From Phoronis australis (Eukaryota > Animalia > Phoronida): a stretch of 64,000 nucleotides of DNA. The position numbers and the translations under genes were made by a program. The stretch lies in the NCBI GenBank assembly GCA_002633005.1, contig NMRA01000514.1, forward strand, positions 190,848 through 254,847, read 5' to 3'. The notes beneath the pieces were generated by a model. It saw only the letters and a list, made by a program, of their open reading frames with translations, searched no databases and was not told the DNA's origin. Below are positions 13,301 through 26,600 of the stretch, piece after piece (the first letter of the stretch is position 1; each line of letters begins with the position of its first letter).

Positions 13301-16177
13301 TGCCCGAATCCCGAGAACAAGTTTTCTCCATTGAATAACGGACACCAAACTGGTTCTCAAACCACGGGCACGCTATATATATCGGAATAAAGCCTAAAAC
13401 TGAATGTCAAAACGGTCATTTCTCTAATTTTCAAAGGTTGACTTAGTTATAGTTGATGAAAAATTCGCCAAGTGCTGTTTCGTGCAGTACAATTGAGAAG
13501 TGACTAATGTCCTAAGCGTACGGCTTCTAAAGTCAATTATAAGAAAGTCACGGATTAAGTTTATTGTGGTAAAGTAAATCACATTTCATGTTACACTCTT
13601 GGCTTCAACGTAAATTATGTTAATCAGCGGGATATTCCATTATGCGGACAGGGATCGTTACCACCCTTAGAAGTTGATCATGCAGGGTAGACAGTCTGAG
13701 AGTGAGACGGGTAAACAGGAAACAATTGATTCTTAGCCTGGGCGCCAAGTTCCCATAAGACAAATTTGAAGATCAATAAGGTTGGTTTTTAGATAGAAAA
13801 GCGAAAGTACACATGCTAAGAAATGGACCAGAATCAGTTTTGGTGATCGGTTAAACACAATATCAGGGAAAATGGCCATAAATCATGTCATTGTGCGGGT
13901 TTAGGAGACAAAACCTACGCTAACACTTGGGGATTTTTTGCCCCATCACCTAAGCGAGCCTGAACCAGACCCGTTCTACTCGATTCACAAATTAATGCTC
14001 CTGGCTTAGCCTCGATACTGAAGAAAAAATAGTCTCTCATTTCTCTGAATATGCATCGACTTTGAATATTGAAAGACGGCTACTTTTTAAATGTACTTTT
14101 CAATTTCAAAAACAGTCATGTTCATTGGTCTTATTATTCGTTTTTTAACTTTGAAATTCGTAAGCTAAACAGGCGCGTTAGCTTACAACCGCAAATATCT
14201 CATCCAGCACGTTCAGCCAAACCCCATGAAAACTGACTAGCCCGCCTTCATTGTGCCGAGGACTTCGCTGAATATTCTGGGAGTAAACAGTGCACGCTTC
14301 TCGTCCACTTCGGTGCAAATCCTGCTACAGTAAGATCTACCTAATGTTGTTTTGCATGTGTTCCATGGGAAATGATTTTTTGACATTTCACGACATTGAG
14401 CGGAAATTCTATTATCTTATGTGATATTGGGTGCGCTGTAATGTGACGTTGATTTTATAGTTTGCATTAGTTTTTACTGTTTGTTTCATTCCAAAGACTA
14501 TTTCTTATCTTAAGAGAAAACAACTTTATTCGATAGTGAATGGAGGATGGTCGAGCTGGTCTAAGTGGGGGAGGTGCAGCGCCACCTGTGGTGGAGGTCG
14601 GCAGTCAAGGTCAAGGTCGTGTGATAAACCAGCTCCAGCCAATGGTGGAGCGCTATGTGAAGGAAGCCATGTGGATAAAAGATCATGCAGCACGTCGCCC
14701 TGTCCAAGTAAATGACATTTAATAAATGTTTTGGAGATACAGAAGAACGAAATATCGTTCAATGTCCGAACAAACGACATTCCGAATTCAAACAAGCAGG
14801 TGATCGTCTTTTGTTTGACTTATTCATGCATAGCTGGGAGACGGTGCTGGTAATTACTGCACAGTTAAAAGCTTGGTCGTGCTCAAAGACTTTCACTTTG
14901 CTGAAGTGAACTTTCTGGTCTAAAAGTATGTCCCTGTCAGTGCTAAAAATGAAGTAATTCAAGTGAAGTCGTCATTGTCACTAATAGACCATTTTAGTGC
15001 TTTGCATTTTTATACTTAAACTGAGAGGTGGTCTTATATCAGTATTGCAATGCCGCGCTCAATTTCTACCTGATACATTTACTCAGTCAGTTCTTGAAAC
15101 TAAAATGTGCAGTTACTACAAGGCAATGTTGTGTTGCAGATACAGAGCAGCTTTCTGGAGAATGTTTCTTGGACAAATCTGACAGGTTCTTTGAGTTCAC
15201 AGCTTACATGAAAGAAAAAAGAAATTCAGTCGCTCTCTGCCTGAAGACTTGTAAAAGTAAAGGGTACAAATACGCGGGTGTCGAATATTCGACGGAGTGT
15301 TTCTGTGGGAGCAAGATAAATAAGTATCCGCGTCGGCCTACTAAGGAGTGCAATAAGAAGTGTTCAGGAAGTAATGAAATTTGTGGTGGAACATGGAGGA
15401 TATCCGTTTTCACGGTTCCGGATGTTGGTAAGCACTTTTTTCTACCGGTAGGCCTTTTTGAACACGAAACAAAAATGAATTAATATTAATTCACTGTGTA
15501 ATTTCCCACGTTTTCCAAGGCTCTTAAACATAACCAACCGATCGTTTTCATTAGTAATACAGCACACATCTTTGGCTGCGTTTCTTCTTAGATGCAAGAA
15601 ACTCGCTAATTGTTTCGCAAGGTCACGCTAGTCCTTCCCAGGTGTTGACATCGACTTTGGAAACGAAGAGCGTTGATCACATTAGCTTTCACACATAAGT
15701 ATTGAATATGCGGTGCGTAGACCTCTGTTCAAAAATGTGGTTCCTGTACAAATATCGAGTTAATTAAACATAATTCAACTGAAGCAGATACTAACTTTTG
15801 TAGCACATATGCCTGATTTTTTAGTTCAACCTTTTTATTCGTTATAGCGCCGACTGTATTCATAATTAAACCAATTAGGTTGCCTTTACGAATGTCTTTA
15901 GCCACCTTTTTAAACAAAAACACAATAAATTTGGATTATACTACGTTTCAGTTGAAATACCAGATGTTGATCGTGATATGATGGTTTGTGAACACAAAAC
16001 TATGACCCTTGCTTGTGGCAAAAACGAAGTGATCCAAGTGACATCTGCAGTGTATGGACGAAGAGACAGGAACACGTGTCCTCACAGATCTATCAGGACA
16101 ACAAAGTGTGCAGCCAGGAGCTCCTTACCGGTAATTGAACGTCAGCGATTCAAACAATATTTCTACATGACTAATGA

Positions 16178-16211
<34 letters not shown>

Positions 16212-19200
16212 GTAATGATAAAATAATATTCTTGTTTATTACGTTTTTCAAATAATATTTTAACTTAGTTTGCATGTCATCTGCCGTATATTAGTTTTGA
16301 GATATTCCGCGAATCTTTTAATCATAGTTTATTTGGTATTAAAGGTTGTGGCTAGGAGCTGTAACTCCAAACAAAAGTGTTCAGTGAAGGCAAGTAACAG
16401 CGTGTTTGGCGACCCCTGTGGAGGAACATTCAAGTACCTCAAGGTCACCTACAGGTGTCAGCGGAAGCCGATTGTCCTCGTTGATTATGTGGAAAAAGGT
16501 ATGTCCACCTACATGGATACTTCTTACCTGAAGATTTTGTACCGATGTTAATTTGAGTCCCCTGTGTTGTACAAAACACGAGTAACATTGAAACGAAGTA
16601 AGTTGCTACACTCGCATTTTGGCTTCTGTGTTGTTTTCTAGTTATAAGCATTAAAGAATGCCACCCAAAAAACAACCTATTTTGTATTAATTTAGACCGA
16701 GTAGGTCCACTCGATAACAGCAAGTACAGATCTGTTACTTGACACCTGACGGCAGACGGAGGTGTTGAAGTTAACAAATGGCGTCAGAGGTTCGAACGTT
16801 GTCTGTTCAACGGTTCACAACACGCTTGCTGGTGACAACTTTTCGCTCGAATTCATCGTTTTGCACCAATAAATCATCCAAATTCGATGTAAAACCCTTA
16901 TACATACATCGAGTTAATAAACAATTGTGCTGTCTTATTCCGCTGTTTTATTGCGTTTTTTAGGTATTTGAACGTATCGTAGCCCACAGAGTTCGGTAGC
17001 CAAAGGCCAACTTAAGGTCGGTCGGTTATAGGTTTCTGTTCTGTGATAAATCCGAATTATTCTTCCGTAAAATACAGACAGGAGAACAAAGCTGTGTGTT
17101 GTTCTTTTAGATTAGCGATTTTTTCAGTTCTAAACACACAAAACGGTTGCTACCCAGGCCCGTGGCTCGGAACCCGATCAGGCCCATCCGGCGGCCGTAC
17201 TGAAGACATCACGGACATAAACAATCCAAAGTTGGAAACCAGACTTCCAGTCACGAAAACACTATACTAGTGAGCCAAAGAAATAAGGTGCACGTGATTG
17301 TTTTGGTGAATTAGCTGCGAAACTGTAAAGCTACTTATTAGATCGTCGAGGGCCTCGAAGTCAGATTACTCTTCCACAGAATCGTAAGGGCAAAAGTTGT
17401 ACAGTAACAATGATTCGTATAATGTACATGAATATCTAAATAAAGATTTCCTAACATCTAACCATAGGACATAAAATCGAGTTATTGTTTCAAAACAGCT
17501 TTCATTCTGCAAACACTGAATTAGCATGGGCTCACACGGTCTCGGTGCCCGGTCAAATAGTTTATCGCGTCTAACGGCGGTATCGCAGTGATTTATTCAC
17601 TCCTGGCTTCTAAAACATTTGCAATCACGAACACTCCAAGGCATTACAAGTTGTATCTAATGAGACAGACTTTGTTTCAGATTTATATAAGCATTGATTA
17701 GGTGAGAATAATTTATTTTGAAACAAAACACACAATAATAAACGTCAACGTGGCAACTCGTAATCTCGACTTCTACGAGTGTTCATCTGACGAAGATTTC
17801 ACAGGTCGATCATTAGGTTTCACAGGCTATCGGTTCGAACCGGAATACACTGATCAAGAAAAAATAGAGAATTTCGTGAACGTGCAAAGAGAAAGGAACA
17901 CATGGATAGCTCCGAAAACCGTTTGAATGACTTGTCATGGTGTAAGTGTGCTAAATGCACGATAATGGAAACGACTGACGCTTGCGTTTGTTGCCACGAA
18001 ATTCCACAAGTGAAACGCCTTCTTGGAGAAGCGCAGATGTGTCTCACGGACCATACTGATTTTGCACCGCATCTAAACAGAGCTGTGCTTACGACGTTTT
18101 TATAGGGCTGAGGAAAAGAACTGGGGAAAACATTCTACACCCAGAGGACCAAACAAAAGTCTCACGAACGAGTCAGTCATCAAACACTGAGGTTATGTAA
18201 AACGTTATGTTCTCACGCCTTGAATTAAGTGTAATTGTTTATGTTTTCATGGCCAACTACAATTCTCCATAATTAAAACTGATCAATAACCAGGCGATAC
18301 GACGAAATGAAGGCCACTGACAGACACGGAGAAGTTTCACAGCGTCATACTTGGTATTAACGGAGTACTTTTCATTGTTCACTACCCTGAGCCTCTTCCG
18401 AAGCACTATGTGCTGTTGAGGAAATAAAAATTAGCAGCTTCATAGTTCGCACAAGCGGGAACAATACACCACACCAAAGCGGCACTCACTCTGCAGAAGA
18501 ACCACTGACGTCACCTTCCTCACAGGTTAAAGCGACCGTATACGAGGTGATGTAGATATACATGTACACCAACTAAGACGGTAAAAAAGACTAATTAAAT
18601 CGGGTGGCATTCTCCTTTAAATGCTTGAAATATGGGGCCTCGCTTTTGACGCCCGAAATTGAATTTTGCCTATGCCATTTTAAATAATAAGCTGTTATTT
18701 ATTCTACTCGTTTTCAGTGAATGGTGATTGGTCTAAATGGACCGAATGGGGACCTTGCAGTGCCCCCTGTAGTGGAGGTATACAGTCAAGGTCAAGGTCG
18801 TGTGATAATCCCACTCCAGCCAATGGAGGGGCGAAATGTAGAGGGAGCAATGTGGAAAAAAGATCCTGCAACACTTCTCCATGTTTAAGTAAATTACATT
18901 TCGTATTTTGGTTAAAATCTTTAGAACTTTGCTGACGTGATGTGCGTCTAAATTTTCTGAACATGTTTCTTGTGACGGAAACCGGTTTGTGGTCACTTTG
19001 ATTTTAGTCTTGGTCTGCGCTCTCAGAACACGTCGTGTTTGTTATTTGTAAAATAATGCGATTTTGCGAGACAAATTCCACCTAGGCGAGACTAGGTGTG
19101 CAAATATCGTAGCAATGTACCCCTCTTAATCACTCCGTATACCTAAAGTTCTACCGTGCACTGTTCTGGGCGTTTGGGTTTTCCTAAGCCATGACGGTTT

Positions 19201-20588
19201 TGGCGAGATGACTTTTTCAGCAAATATCTCCGTTGCACCAGACCATTGTGTGGAAGACTATTGACAAGGGATGAAAATTAACCGTTGACATTGAAATTTT
19301 TATTCGTTTTAACGCACTGTTAATAACTGAAACAACCTGTAACAATGTGTTTTTTTGTTTTTTTGTTTTTGACGATGTCATCTTTCTGAAACAGGTGGCA
19401 GTAAAGACATTTTGGTCTGTGAACACAGAACAATGAACATTGCATGTGGTAAAAACGAAGTGATCCAAGTGACATCTGCAGTGTATGGACGAAGTGATAG
19501 GAACACATGTCCGCACAGGTCTATCAGGACGACGAAGTGTGCAGCTAGAAGTTCTTTTACGGTAATTAAATCACGATGACGCAAACATGGCTCTATTTCA
19601 ATTATAACTGTTTTCCTTCTGATAAAGGGTCGTACCTTTTTGATTTTCAACTGGTCTTGACGTTATTTATTCAGGTTTCACAAACTCAAATATTTTCCAA
19701 ATCCTATCTTTTTTTATTAATCGTATCTTTATCAATTATCCTTCAAGGTTGTGGCTAGGAGCTGCAATTCCAAACAAAAGTGCTCGGTGAAGGCAAGTAA
19801 CGGCGTGTTTGGCGACCCCTGTGGAGGAACATTCAAGTACCTCAAGGTCGCCTACAGGTGTCAGCCGATCGTGGTCATTGACTATGTGAAAAAAGGTATC
19901 TAAAATATTTTAAGTACCATTGACAGAAAACATACAGAAACAGAGATGGGAGCATTTGATTAGCAAAACACGTGTACTGGCGTATTATAATTGACTCATG
20001 AACAGCAGATGCAACCGAACTGTTTTTTTTTTCACGGATATGATTCAAAATACTGTTAAAGCAGTTGCGTTTATTATGAGGACTTTACAGCATATTTAAA
20101 AAGGCGTTTGTATTTTTCTATTCGCCTACAGTTAATGGCGGATGGTCCTCGTGGTCGTCGTGGAATAGATGTAGCGCCACCTGTGGCGTTGGGAAGCAGC
20201 AAAGGTTAAGGTCGTGCACCAATCCACGTCCCGCCAACGGGGGAGCTGTCTGTAGAGGAACTGGCACAGAAGAGCGTCAGTGCAACAGTGGAAAATGTTC
20301 AGGTATCTTTGCTGGATAGTGGTGGTCTGTACTAGAGTACGATGAAAGTTTGAGTATATCTACTTTAAACTAGAAAAGATGAAAGTTTGAGTATATCTAT
20401 TTTAAAAATCAAAATATAGGTCTACTGTTTTCTACATTTTGGTAGCATCGGTGTTCAAAAATTGATTTCGCAGCAATAAAACCTACGACTAGTTTGTTGT
20501 GTCGAAGTAGTAGGCCTAAATCTCATGTTACTAGATTAATTTTGCTGAATTTTTGAACGTGAACAACCTTTACAAACACGCGCGCACG

Positions 20589-20641
<53 letters not shown>

Positions 20642-23600
20642 GAAAGTGCTTGTTTTCTCCATTGTGGAGCGCTTATTAGTGTGATATAAAGTCGATTTTT
20701 TGCATTTTATTTCTCTTATATTCATCTGTATCACCACATTTCTGGCGGGAAAATGAAAATTCTGCAAGACCTCGCAGAATTACGCGATAAAAGGCGACTT
20801 TTTGCCTAGACTGCGTGGTAGCTTGCTAGTCTTCCTTGCTAATTGTCCCGTCACTGTTGGTATTCGTCAGTGAGGTTGGAGTGTTGCATTCTGAGACTAA
20901 ANAGGAACACATGTCCGCACAGGTCCATCAGGACTACAAAGTGTGCAGCTAGAAGTTCTTTGACGGTAAATGGATTTTATTTAATTAATATTGTTTTCAA
21001 TTTCTAATTGTGGAGCATGTTTTCCTTTTGATAAAAGTTCATGACTTTTTGATCTTCACCTGATCTTGACGTGATGTATTCAGACTTCACAAATTCAAAT
21101 ACTTTCTTAATCGTATTTTTATCAATTATCCTTCAAGGTCGTGGCTAGGAGCTGCAATTCCAAACAAAAGTGCTCGGTGAAGGCAAGTAACAGCGTGTTT
21201 GGCGACCCCTGTGGAGGAACATTCAAGTACCTCAAGGTCGCCTACAGGTGTCAGCCGATCGTGGTCATTGACTATGTGAAAAAAGGTATCTAAAATATCG
21301 TTAAGTGCCCTAGAAAGAAAAGAGACAGAAACACGAATGATGACATTTGATTAGCAAAACACATGAACTGACGTATTAATTGCCTCCTGGACAGCAGATG
21401 CAGCCAAATAGGGATATGATTCAAGATTAAATTGAAGCAGTTGCTTTAATGATGTGTACTTGATGGTTAGCATTTTTAAAGAGACGTTTAATGTTTTTGC
21501 TATTCACCCTCAGTTAATGGCGGATGGACCTCTTGGTCGTCGTGGAATAGATGCAGCGCCACCTGTGGCGTTGGGAAGCAGCAAAGGTTAAGGTCGTGCA
21601 CCAATCCACGTCCCGCCAACGGGGGAGCTGTCTGTAGAGGAACTGGCAAAGAAGAGCGTAGTTGCAACAATGGCAAATGTTCAGGTATCGTTATTGGATA
21701 GTGCTAGTCTATACTAGAATACGATGAAAGTTTAAGTATATATATATTTCAAACTAGAATAAGATGAAGGTTTGAGTATATCTATTTGATGTCAAATTAT
21801 AGGTCTATGGTTTTCTACACTTGGGTAGAAGCGGTGTTCAATTTTTTTTCACAGCAATAGAACCTTATTATCAGTTATTTCTGTCAAAGTGGTAGTAGGC
21901 GTTTATCTCATGTACATGTAACTCAAATTGATTTTGCTGTATTTTCTATCGTGAACAACTCTGTGTACACGCACATGGGAAAGCGCCAGTCTTTTCCTAG
22001 TATAGCGCGTTGTAGTGGGATTTGAAGTCGATTGTAATGCATTTTTATTATTCGTCTACTCTGGCCATTTCACCAAGTTTCTAGAAAGAAAAGGAAACTC
22101 CTCCAAGACCTCGCAGAATTACGCGAGTAAAATGTGACTGGCAAACGTGCGCGGCTACTTACTAACAGTCCTAGCTAAATGACGGTCGCTTTTTGGATTG
22201 GTCGGTGAGGTTGGAGTGTTGCATTCTGAGATTAAATTCACCGTTTCTCTCCAAGTGCATGCTGATGCCTTGCGGTCTACAGAAGTCAGTCTTGGATTTT
22301 CAATTTGCGGCTGGACTCCCTACACATTGGGTGGAGAGTAACTCCGTTGATTTAACAGTAACCGTTCATGTTTAAATCATGATTTTTAACATTTTGTAAA
22401 CTCAAACAACTTTTAACAACGTGTTTCCTTTTTTCTGTTTGGACCATGTCAGTTTTCTGAAACAGGTGGCGGTAAAGACATTTTGGTCTGTGAACACAGA
22501 ACAATGAACATTGCATGTGGTAAAGACGAAGTGATTCAAGTGACATCTGCAGTGTATGGACGAAGTGATAGAAACACATGTCCGCACAAGTCTATCAGGA
22601 CAACAAAGTGTGCAGCTAGAAGTTCTTTGACGGTAATAAATCACGGGGATGCAAACATGGATTTTATTTGATTAATATTGTTTTCATTTTCTAATTGTGG
22701 AGCATGTTTTCCATTTGATAAAAGGTCGTGACCTTTTGATTTTCACCTGATCTTGACGTGATATATTCAGGTTTCACAAATTCTTTTTACTTTCTTATCG
22801 TTTTTCTATCAATTATCCTTCAAGGTCGTGGCTAGGAGCTGCAATTCCAAACAAAAGTGCTCGGTGAAGGCAAGTAACAGCGTGTTTGGCGACCCCTGTA
22901 GGGGAACATTCAAGTACCTCAAGGTCGCCTACAGGTGTCAGCGGAAGCCAATCGTGGTGGTTGACTTTGTGAAAAAAGGTATCTAAAATATTATTAGACA
23001 GCCTAGACAGAAAGAAACACAAATGGTGACATTTGAATAACACTGACGTAATTCTACTTATGCATTATTGGCCAGCAGAACAGCAGATGCAGCCAAGTTG
23101 GTATTTTTCTTAGCAGTCTTAAAAAAGGAGAATGTTTTTTTTTTTTTGCTTTTACCTTCCAGTTAATGGCGGGTGGACCTCCTGGTCGTCGTGGAATAGA
23201 TGTAGCGCCACCTGTGGAGTTGGGAAGCAGCAAAGGTTAAGGTCGTGTACCAATCCACGTCCCGCCAACGGGGGAGCTGTCTGTAGAGGAACTGGCAAAG
23301 AAGAGCGTCGTTGCGACAGTGGCAAATGTCCAGGTGTTGTTGCTTCTCTTTTTTCGAGCTCATTCATCCTGCAAATATTTACGCATGAACGACATCAAAG
23401 ACAAACCACAAGTTTGATTGGGATGAAAATTTTACTTTATCGTCATCAAAAGCCTAGAAAAGTTTAAAACTTCTCAAGGCGTCGATCACATTGCAAAATG
23501 TTTGGGACGGCACCATATCCATCTATTCTATCATTGAAACCATTGTGAACATTTGTAAAAGTGCGTAGTAAAAAGTAACTGATAAATAGACTATAAATCT

Positions 23601-26600
23601 TTTGATTTAGACAACTCGCTTTTACAGAAGTTGATCTCAAATTGTTCCTAAGTCAAAATAGATGCGTTTGCTGTGCATGGAAACAATCTACGGTCCGTTA
23701 TTTCTCGAGACACTCTTCAAGCTGATCTGCGGCGGACTGTCATTTTATTTCTAGAACATGGCCTGGAGCAGTAATGAAGTGTCAGCTCTTTGGCAGACCC
23801 AAACATACTGCCCATTTGAGTAGCGAATACGCTGAGTGCTCTTCCAATGCAGTAAGAGGTCAAAATCAAAAGTTAGTGTCTTCACCTACGGAACGCGTAT
23901 TTATTCATGGTTTAAACTGCAAGGACGGGATGTCGATGTCATCAATGCTTACACGGTGGTCGAAGAGACCCGCAAGCTGGAGTATGCGTGTGAATTTTCG
24001 AATAACGTGGTGAACGATTTCAGGACATTTACACAAGTGTTGTAGCTAAGGCTCACTACCAACACCAGAACAGGAATTTTTTTGCAGTTTTCCTCGCATC
24101 CAGTTGGCAGAAAAATAATTTCATTAAAGCACTGGGATTGCTTGACTGCTGCAAAATAGCTGGCCCGTTGAAACTGGAAGCGAAAATGGACAAAAAAACT
24201 AACACGGCCATTAAGTTATTCCAAATTGGCCCATAGATTTGAGGCCGTGTGAGTCATTTCACTCATTCCCAAGTTTTTGTAAAATGATCCCTGCTAAAGA
24301 GGACGCAGTAGTAGGCCTATTTCAATCGCCAACAGAACTGCGCAAAGAGTGCTGTCTATTCGGTGACTCCAGAGATGTACGAAGTTGAGAAAGCAATACG
24401 TTATGTTACCACTCATCTTGACCAGATGTTCCACCAGCTAAAGGTGAAGCCGTCAAAGGCATTAGATTTTGTACAATGTATGTTGTGAGCCGTGATCATG
24501 CAGGTGGCAGTCGACAATGCCGCGGAAGCATGCGTCGTAGAATTTTGTCGAGGAACTGCGGCGTTGGAAATTCAAATCCTAGTACGGAGTGGCCGTCAGC
24601 ATCGTTTAAACAGTGTGATCGTGATTTTTTTTTTCAAATTTCCATGTGAAATTAAGAGTAGGATGCACACTCCCAGTAAGAGAGCAGCAAATGCAAACAC
24701 AAGCGCCCTGTGCCGAGAAACTTCTCATTGACTTAGACGAAGGCGTCACGATGTTTTCGCTGTGGGCATTTGGATAATGATGATTGTGAAACCGTGCTTA
24801 AGTAAACTCGCGTACCCTCTTCTTAGTCCATTAAAATCGGGAGTCCTATTAAGAGTTCCAAACCTGCGTTGAGTAGGATGTTAGTTAATTACTAGCACGC
24901 TAGGGGATGCATGCTACAGTTCCAGAGCTGCATTTGGTGTGTTGTTAATAATGACAATGTGGGACATTTTTCCATGTTAGGTCTGACGCTCTCTTTGACT
25001 CCACCCCATTTTTATGCGCCCACATATTTATATGTGGACGCATTATGCCGTCATCTCCGTCCGTCCGGGGTCCGGCGTCTGGCGTCGGCTGCTCTATCTC
25101 CAAAACGCCTTGACGTATGGTCATGAAATTTTGCACATATGTTTCTTCCGTGGATGGGACGGCATGAGCGAAGTTTCGGACGGATCCAAATACCGGTGTG
25201 CCCCCTAGTGGCAATTTTAGTTCTTTACGTTTACCTCTGTATCTTCAAAAGTCCTGAAGGGATTTTCATAAAATTTGGTATATAGGCACCTATTAGTGAA
25301 GTGAAGCCATTATCCCGTTTTCGGATGGATTCGACGTAGTTTGCGCTACCTGGTGGCCATTTTTACTGTTTTCGAGTCTGTTTTTTGCGTCCACCCCTCT
25401 ATCAACCAAACCGCTCAATGGATGATTGTGAAAATTGGCATGTATGTTCTTACTATAAAGTCGACAGCTGACGATGATTTTCCGACGACTTCGACTACTG
25501 TGGCGCCTCCTAGTGGCAGTTTTGTTGTTTTTTTTTTGCGCCTATGGCTGTACCTCCTAAACCGTGTGCATGATCTTTACTAAATTTAGTAAGGGCATTT
25601 ATATAATGTTAATAACAGAGGACGACAACTTTCGGACAGATCTGACAACTGGTGTGCCACCTAGTGGCAACTTTATTTTTTTACGTTTACCTCTGTATAT
25701 TCAAAGGTCCTCAACGTATTTTCATAAAATTTGGCATACAGGCATCTGTTAATGAGATGACGCTATCTCTCCGTTTTCAGGTGGATTCGACCTAGTTTGC
25801 ACCACCTAGTGGCCATTTTTACTGTTTTCGAATCTGTTTTTGGCGTCCACTCGTCTATCAACCGAACCGCTTTCAGGATAATTGTGAAAATTGGCATGTA
25901 CGTTTTTACTATGAAGTGGATGGCTGATTATGATTTTCCGAGGACCTATTAGTGAGATGACGCTGTCCTCCCGTTTTCGGATGGATTCAAGGTAGTTTGC
26001 GCCACCTAATGGCCATTTTACTGTTTTTTGAGTCTGTTTTTTTTGCGTCCACCCCTCTATCAACCAAACCGCTCAAGGGATGTTTGTGAAAGTTGGCACG
26101 TATGTTCTTACTATGAAGTGGACGGCTGATGATGATTTTCCGCCGATTTCGACTACTGTGGCGTCTCCTAGTGGCAGTTTTCTTTGCGCCTATGGCTGTA
26201 TCTTTTAAACCGTTCGAAAGACCTTTACCAAATTTAGTAAGTGTAATTATATGATGTTGACAACAGATGACGATGACGTTCCGACGGAGCTGACTACTGG
26301 TGTGACACCTGAAGAGCGCACGCTATTTAAAACTCCTTAGAATCTGCAATGAGTTGTGCGGCATTTTCAAATGTTTATTACAAAATTATATTGCTGCAGT
26401 CACCCGCTACGAAACTGTTGACTTCTTGTTGCGTACTAGGAGATCACGTGGCAAAGTTTATGATTATAATTTGACGAAAGTTAATTAATGACCAAAATGT
26501 TGACAGATATTTCTTAGTTAACGTCAACATTTTTGACAACGTTTCACAATTTATGCAGCTACCAAAGTCGATGGCGGATGGTCGGCATGGTCTAGGTGGT

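Noticed and set aside
25008-26390. CRISPR-like regularly spaced repeats
   Set aside because: Eukaryotic context, spacers are themselves homologous repeats, no cas genes
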